From contig OX597831.1 in assembly GCA_951406725.2 (NCBI GenBank), forward strand, positions 64,976,001-65,040,000: a stretch of DNA of 64,000 bases, given 5' to 3'. The notes under the pieces are model-generated. The model was not told where the DNA came from. It saw nothing but the letters and a program-made list of their open reading frames with translations, and ran no database searches. Of the stretch, positions 58,010 to 64,000 are shown piece by piece. The number at the start of each line of letters is the position of its first letter. Position 1 is the first letter of the stretch. The DNA comes from Octopus vulgaris. Lineage: Eukaryota. Position numbers and translations under genes: made by a program.

Positions 58010-58190
58010 ATAAATCGTTAGCCACTACACACATTTTTTCTCTCTCCTTGTTTTTTTCTGTGTCCCTTTCTGCAGAAGAGAGTAGGCTCGAAACGTAAAA
58101 GACTTTTTCTATTCTTGAGCGTTATACTAATACATCTGTTTGTTTTGTACACCACCTGTCTTCGTCTTTTGTTTTTTCGTAAACTCTCCC
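58010..58190 (+). mobile_element. Penelope-like terminal fragment within (TA)n
   Basis: Third copy of the 46812-type element. Confidence 0.65.
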
Positions 58191-58230
<40 letters not shown>

Positions 58231-58890
58231 ATATTTCCACGTATAAGACTACCTTTAAATTCTAAAATTTACCCAAAAAATTTGTGGTCGTCTTATATCA
58301 CCATTCTAAAAATCAAACTTTGAATTTTGAGTGACTTTATAAGTACGCTAACCTCAACCTCAGTGCGATAACCATAGACATACATGAACAGATTAACAAA
58401 ATGTTTAAAAAATTATAATATCGGTAATAAAAACATATTTACTTTATATATTACTTTATATATCTTCATAATAAATAGCCTATTGGAGAGATAATTCTAT
58501 ATCGTTGAAATCAACTTTTATCTATGCAGACTCGGCTGAGGAAATGTAAACATCCAGTTATGGTTGCGCTCACAGTAACCTCTATCTTTCGCTAACCTTT
58601 CAAAAATTTTAATGGTGATGTATAACTATAGTAATAACATTTAGAATAACATATTTATATTTTTCATAAAATAGCTATTATCATTTGGTGTTAAATAACA
58701 CAACTTAGATTACACACAACCTGTATTTTTCAATAAAATTATTTCACTGTATTTCGTTTTGGATTTGGTTTGCAAGATTCTTTATATGAGGTCGTGTGTT
58801 GAAGCATATTCTGTTGTGTCTGGGGGAGAGTCATTTTCTTTTTGTGCTTTATAATGTAACACACACATCGGTAAAATTTCCACTTATTCC

Positions 58891-59297
58891 TTACTCTTTT
58901 ACTCTTTACTCTTTTACTTGTTTCAGTCATTAGACTGCGGCCATGCTGGAGCACCGCCTTTAGTCGAGCACATCGACCCCGGGACTTATTCTTTGTAAGC
59001 CCAGTACTTATTCTATCGGTCTCTTTTGCCGAACCGCTAAGTGACGGGGACGTAAACACACCAGCATCGATTGTCAAGCAATGCTAGGAGGACAAACACA
59101 CAGACACACAAACACACACATATATATATATACATATATACGACAGGCTTCTTTCAGTTTCCGTCTACCAAATCCACTCACAAGGCATTGGTCGGCCCGG
59201 GGCTACAGCAGAAGACACTTGCCCAAGATGCCACGCAGTGGGACTGAACCTGGAACCATGTGGTTGGTTAGCAAGCTACTTACCACACAGCCACTCC
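58891..59297 (-). mobile_element. SINE family A
   Basis: Near-full copy. Confidence 0.92.
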
Positions 59298-59620
59298 TTA
59301 TTTTTATTTTCCTAAAATTTTCGTTGCGTCTTGCAAAAGGTTGCAAGACGCAACGAAAATGACTCTCCCCAGACACAACAGAATATTTTACAGTAGTTGC
59401 ATTTAAACATGAGACGTTGTAATTTTTAAAATTCCTATCACGATAAATAATATTAATAAAGCATCAAACTTTCTCAATCCATAATTTCACACCACTCTCG
59501 TCCATCCATTTTCTTGTGAAAATGAACAAAAATGTCAGGTGGAAAATCTATTTTGGGCTTTGTTTTACGTTTAAAAGTGACCATGGGTTTTAATTTTGTA
59601 CCGTCAGCCATGCAAGATAA

Positions 59621-60051
59621 GGATCTTTTCGGTTTGAACGGCAGTTTTTAAAAATAATTTCCACTTAACTAAACACTTTTAAACTTCGTATACTGGTAGA
59701 ATGTGTTTATAAAACATATTTTTCTCTTGGATTTATTATGAAAATTCTATAGTTTGTAAGATATTTGTTGTTTTTTTCTTCAATTTCTGCAATTTCAACC
59801 AATCAATGACGTCTATTGAGGTAAAAAAACATTCTGTGCCGTATGAATATGTCCCTCGTTTAAGAAACAGATTGGGTTTATTTACATTTGTGAAGAAAAA
59901 AAAAAGATACCCTTCCCCACCCCTACCCCTAACTCTAACCCTAACCCTAAAACAGATTGAAATGCAATAGATCGATACTAGGGTCATAATTATGGGTGAC
60001 AATTTCATATGACACCACTAGAAAAAACTGCCGTTCAAACCGAAAAGATCC
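59621..60051 (+). mobile_element. MITE copy 7
   Basis: TIRs; 8-bp TSD CAAGATAA. Confidence 0.95.
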
Positions 60052-60068
60052 CAAGATAATACCACCGT

Positions 60069-60431
60069 AAACATCTTTTTCTCTTGGATTTATTAAGAAA
60101 ATTCTATAGTTTGTAAGATATTTGTTGTTGTTTTCTTCAATTTCTGCAATTTCAACCAATTAATCATGTCTATTGAGGTAAAAAAAAACACATTCTGTGC
60201 TGTATGAATATGTCTCTCGTTTAAGAAACAGATTGGGTTTATTTACATTTGTGAAGAAAAAAAAGATACCCTTCCCCCCACCCCTAACCCTAACTAACCC
60301 TAACCCTAAAACAGATTGAAATGCAATAGGTTAATACTAAGGTCATAATTATGGGTGACAATTTCATATGACACCGCTAGAAAAAACTGCCGTTCAAACC
60401 GAAAAGATCCCAAGATAATACCACCGTAAAC
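60069..60431 (+). repeat. Diverged tandem duplicate of the MITE 3' part plus flank
   Basis: Lacks the left TIR; ends with right TIR + CAAGATAATACCACCGTAAAC, as does the first copy. Confidence 0.9.
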
Positions 60432-60847
60432 TTCGTTTTCTCATATCCTGTACTTTTAACGTGCACTATTTTTACTCCTTTCAAACCTACCGTTTTGTTA
60501 CCCAGGATGTCAAAGTTTAATGGAGTTCCATCCATACTTCCAATATTAGACAATGTAAACTGATGCCTTTTTCTCAGCAGGATGATGAACTGGTGAAAAC
60601 TGATTACTTTGTGATTGAGATCTCTCAGGAGTTTTTGGGCGGTTTTTATTTTCTCTCTCATTACCAGATTTTTTCTCCCTTTGCCATTGTCCATCAATTT
60701 TCGGCCGTGCAGCCATCTAGCAATCATCACAGTACCACGAAGGTAAATGATTGTCTCCCTTCGGCCTTGGCTATTGGTTTCCGGCTGTGAACTTAAATTA
60801 CCTTCTCGACAAGGTAATTTAAGCTCTGTTACTGAGTTGCAACAGTC

Positions 60848-60970
<123 letters not shown>

Positions 60971-61012
60971 TACATACATATATATACATATATACATATA
61001 TATATATATATA

Positions 61013-61156
61013 CTTTATTTTAAGCAGTAGAAAATTCAACAAAATCTGTTACTCTGAGTTTCTCGTTGCCGTTCATCAGACAGTTTTGTCTGATGAACGG
61101 CAACGAGAAACTCAGAGTAACAGATTTTGTTGAATTTTCTGCTGCTTAAAATAAAG
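61013..61156. repeat. Near-perfect palindrome, 70-bp arms, 4-nt loop, hammerhead motif on both strands
   Basis: 61013-61082 vs 61087-61156 with one mismatch; arm reads TGT-CTGATGA-ACGGCAACGA-GAAA-CTCAGAG-TA-ACA. Confidence 0.92.
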
Positions 61157-61225
61157 CATATTACTCTACCACTGGTATTTGAGTACTCTTTTTTCCACCT
61201 TGTTTCACATTTATGTGTTTACTCC

Positions 61226-61276
<51 letters not shown>

Positions 61277-61439
61277 GTGTGGATGTGTATGCATATGTAT
61301 AGACATATGTATACATTTATGCATTTTTTATGCATGTATGTACTTATGTGTATATATAGATGCGCGCGTGTGTGTGTGTGTATGTGTACGCATATATATG
61401 TATATATGTATATATATGTATATTTTCATAAAGCTTCCC

Positions 61440-61472
<33 letters not shown>

Positions 61473-62393
61473 GTGTGTATGTGTATATATGTATGAATGT
61501 ATATGTGTATGTATATGTATATGAATATATATGTATATATATATATGTATATGTGTATGTATATGTATGTATGTGTATGTATGTGTATATGTATATGTGT
61601 ATATATATTAATTAGTGTATATGTATGGACTAGTCTTCTGTGGGTGTGTTGAGGTATGTATGTGTATGCGTGTATGTGAATATACGTGAATGTATGTAGA
61701 TGTATGAGTGTATGAATATAACACGTGCGTGTGTGTACGTGTGAGTGTGTGGGCGTGAGTGAGTGCTTGCGTTCATATCAGTAAGTAGATAGATAAACGG
61801 AATCTTTATATCATCCCTTGAGACCGGCTGACCGGTCAAGATAAAAATAAAGATATAAACAAAAGTAGTAATAATAAAATTAAAATAAGAGAATAAAAAT
61901 GTGTGTGTATGTGTGTGCATGTATATGCATTTGTATATTTATGTGCGAGTGGGTATACATATATGTATGTATATGTATGTATATGTGTATCTGTGTGTAC
62001 GTACATGGGTATGGGTATGTATATGTATATATATGTATATGTATATGTATATGTATGTGTATGTATATGTATATATGTATGTATATGTGGGTATGTATGT
62101 ATATGTATAGATATATGTGAATATGCGGGTGTATATATGTGTATATATATATATGTAGATGTACAAGTGAGAGTCTCCCTACTTACCTAAAACTCTATTT
62201 TTCTATTTATATATTTTTATTTTTTTATTTTTTTATTCTTTTATTTATTCTTTTATCTACTTTACCACCGATTCCTTTGACCACTCCCCTAATAACGACG
62301 TTTTTGCGTCATGCCTACCCCCAAAAAAGTCCCCCACCACCACCCATTTAAACCTGCCTAAATGTATAAATGCCAAAACAACTCTTGTCTCCT

Positions 62394-62444
62394 AGCTTCC
62401 TGATGATTTCTTTTGAATGAAACAGTTCTAGTCCTGTAGAAGCT
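62394..62444 (+). ncRNA. Type I hammerhead ribozyme motif
   Basis: Stem I AGCTTC/GAAGCT, CTGATGA, stem II TTC/GAA with a T-T pair at its base, GAAA, stem III CAG/CTG, GTA cleavage triplet; AATAAA shortly downstream. Confidence 0.75.
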
Positions 62445-62526
62445 CCTTCTATAAAATAAATTAATTTACTCTGCTATGTATTGAGTACCTTATTTACTGT
62501 GGTTAACCCCGACTCAACCCGGGACC

Positions 62527-62575
<49 letters not shown>

Positions 62576-62777
62576 GGATGAATGAATTATCCTTTGTCTA
62601 CCGTTAACTTGGAAAATTCAATAAACAGTTACCAGGATAGCAAAATTCACGCAAGTAACTCGGATGAAGCGACCTATTCAAAGGTAGAAACTCCGGGTTA
62701 ATGTGCAGTAATTTGTGTATTATAAATAAATAAATAAATGGAGTTGAACGAAGATGTTATTAAAATTCTTTACATAT

Positions 62778-62832
<55 letters not shown>

Positions 62833-63045
62833 ATGGGCTTCTTTCAGTTTCCGTCAGCCAGATCCACTCAGAAAGCTTTGACTGGCCTGAGGCTATAGCA
62901 GAAGACAATAACAGAATGAAGATATTACTTTATCCAGTCTAAAAAATATTTGAGTAGTTAAAGGGAAGTAACTACCTTACCTTTACATGGTTTATGACTA
63001 TAGTTATCTCCCACTAAATACAAATATATATGTTTATATAGACAT

Positions 63046-63099
<54 letters not shown>

Positions 63100-63468
63100 A
63101 GACACGCACACGCACACACACACACATGACTTGAACAACTTGGGTTTGGGCCATAATTGGCGCAGGCTGAAAAGCACCACCGTCATGTTTAAGGTCATCA
63201 TAGTCCATGCAATTAGGGTATTGTTTGACAGCATATATATAGGTGTTAGTATTTTGGCTGGTATTTCCGAGAGGAATTTGTTTGAGCGATATGAAATCCA
63301 TTTCTTGCTTGATTAGTTTCGGAATTATGTCGATAAAACGGTTCCGGTTGAAGCAAAATTTAAGTTGTTTTTCAATGTTATGAGCTTCGTTTTTGTCCAA
63401 GCCTTGGGTGACTTGCGCAATTGATAGCCACATCTTACCTGTTTAATTCTCCTTTCACAACAATGCAA

Positions 63469-63906
63469 GGATCTTTTCGGTTTGAACGGCAGTTTTTTCT
63501 AGCGGTGTCATATGAAATTGTCACCCATAATTATGACCCTAGTATCGATCTATTGCATTTCAATCTGTTTTAGGTTAGGGTTAGGGTTAGAGTTAGTTAG
63601 GGTTAGGGTTAGGGGTGGGGGAAGGGTATTTTTTTTTCTTCACAAATGTAAATAAACCCAATCTGCTTCTTAAACGAGGGACATATGGCACAGAATGTTT
63701 TCACCTCAATAGACGTCACTGATTAGTTGAAATTGCAGAAATTGAAGAGAAAAAAAAAACAAATATCTTACTAACTATAGAATTTTCTCAATAAAGCCAA
63801 GAGAAAAAGATGTTTTATAAACACATTCTACCAGTATACGAAGTTCGAAAGTGTTTAGTTACGTGGAAATTATTTTAAAAAACTGCCGTTCAAACCGAAA
63901 AGATCC
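63469..63906 (-). mobile_element. MITE copy 8
   Basis: Both TIRs; longest TTAGG(G) tract; flanks CAATGCAA and CCTTTTGG do not match. Confidence 0.92.
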
Positions 63907-64000
63907 CCTTTTGGTGCCTTTCCTTTACCACCTTACCAATACTCCATCAGGATTACCATTGAAACTTTACACTCCTTAGACTCTATCATCATGGATATTC

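Larger units (their letters stand above)
58225..60846 (-). mobile_element. Decayed pogo/Tigger transposon with nested insertions
   Basis: DDE_1 motifs [27 protein letters not shown] resume after the MITE as SCMADGTKLKPMVTFKRKT; TIR-like CCGTATATTTCCACGTATAAGAC near 58227. Confidence 0.82.

Noticed and set aside
58069-58100. Hammerhead in the 46812/58010/1268 element family
   Set aside because: The core reads CTG(T/C)AGA, lacking the conserved A6, and stem I is weak; kept only as a PLE terminus marker.
63014-63433. 139-aa minus-strand ORF
   Set aside because: No recognisable domain, and it ends in a microsatellite; possibly a TE remnant.
63570-63615. Telomere or chromosome fusion site
   Set aside because: The short TTAGGG tract is an internal part of the MITE, present in every copy.

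Overview
Eukaryotic, AT-rich, repeat-saturated genomic DNA. The microsatellite load and SINE sequences point to an octopus/cephalopod genome (inferred, not verified). I found no recognisable host exon, and almost all listed ORFs are microsatellite or SINE translations. The window contains: (i) eight full copies plus one partial copy of a ~430-bp MITE with ~28-bp GGATCTTTTCGG TIRs, 8-bp TSDs and an internal TTAGGG tract; (ii) about 25 tRNA-derived SINE copies from at least four families; (iii) decayed non-LTR retrotransposons (HERO-like and R4/Dong-like RLE elements, several RTE elements, Penelope-like elements); (iv) decayed DNA transposons (Chapaev3-like, hAT-like, pogo, Helitron). The most notable signal is a set of sequence-unrelated short non-coding inserts inside (TA)n/(TG)n tracts that each carry a type I hammerhead ribozyme fold. 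One has a fully canonical core (47223-47299), and two sit in fold-back palindromes that place the motif on both strands. All family assignments come from motif recognition by eye, with no database searches.
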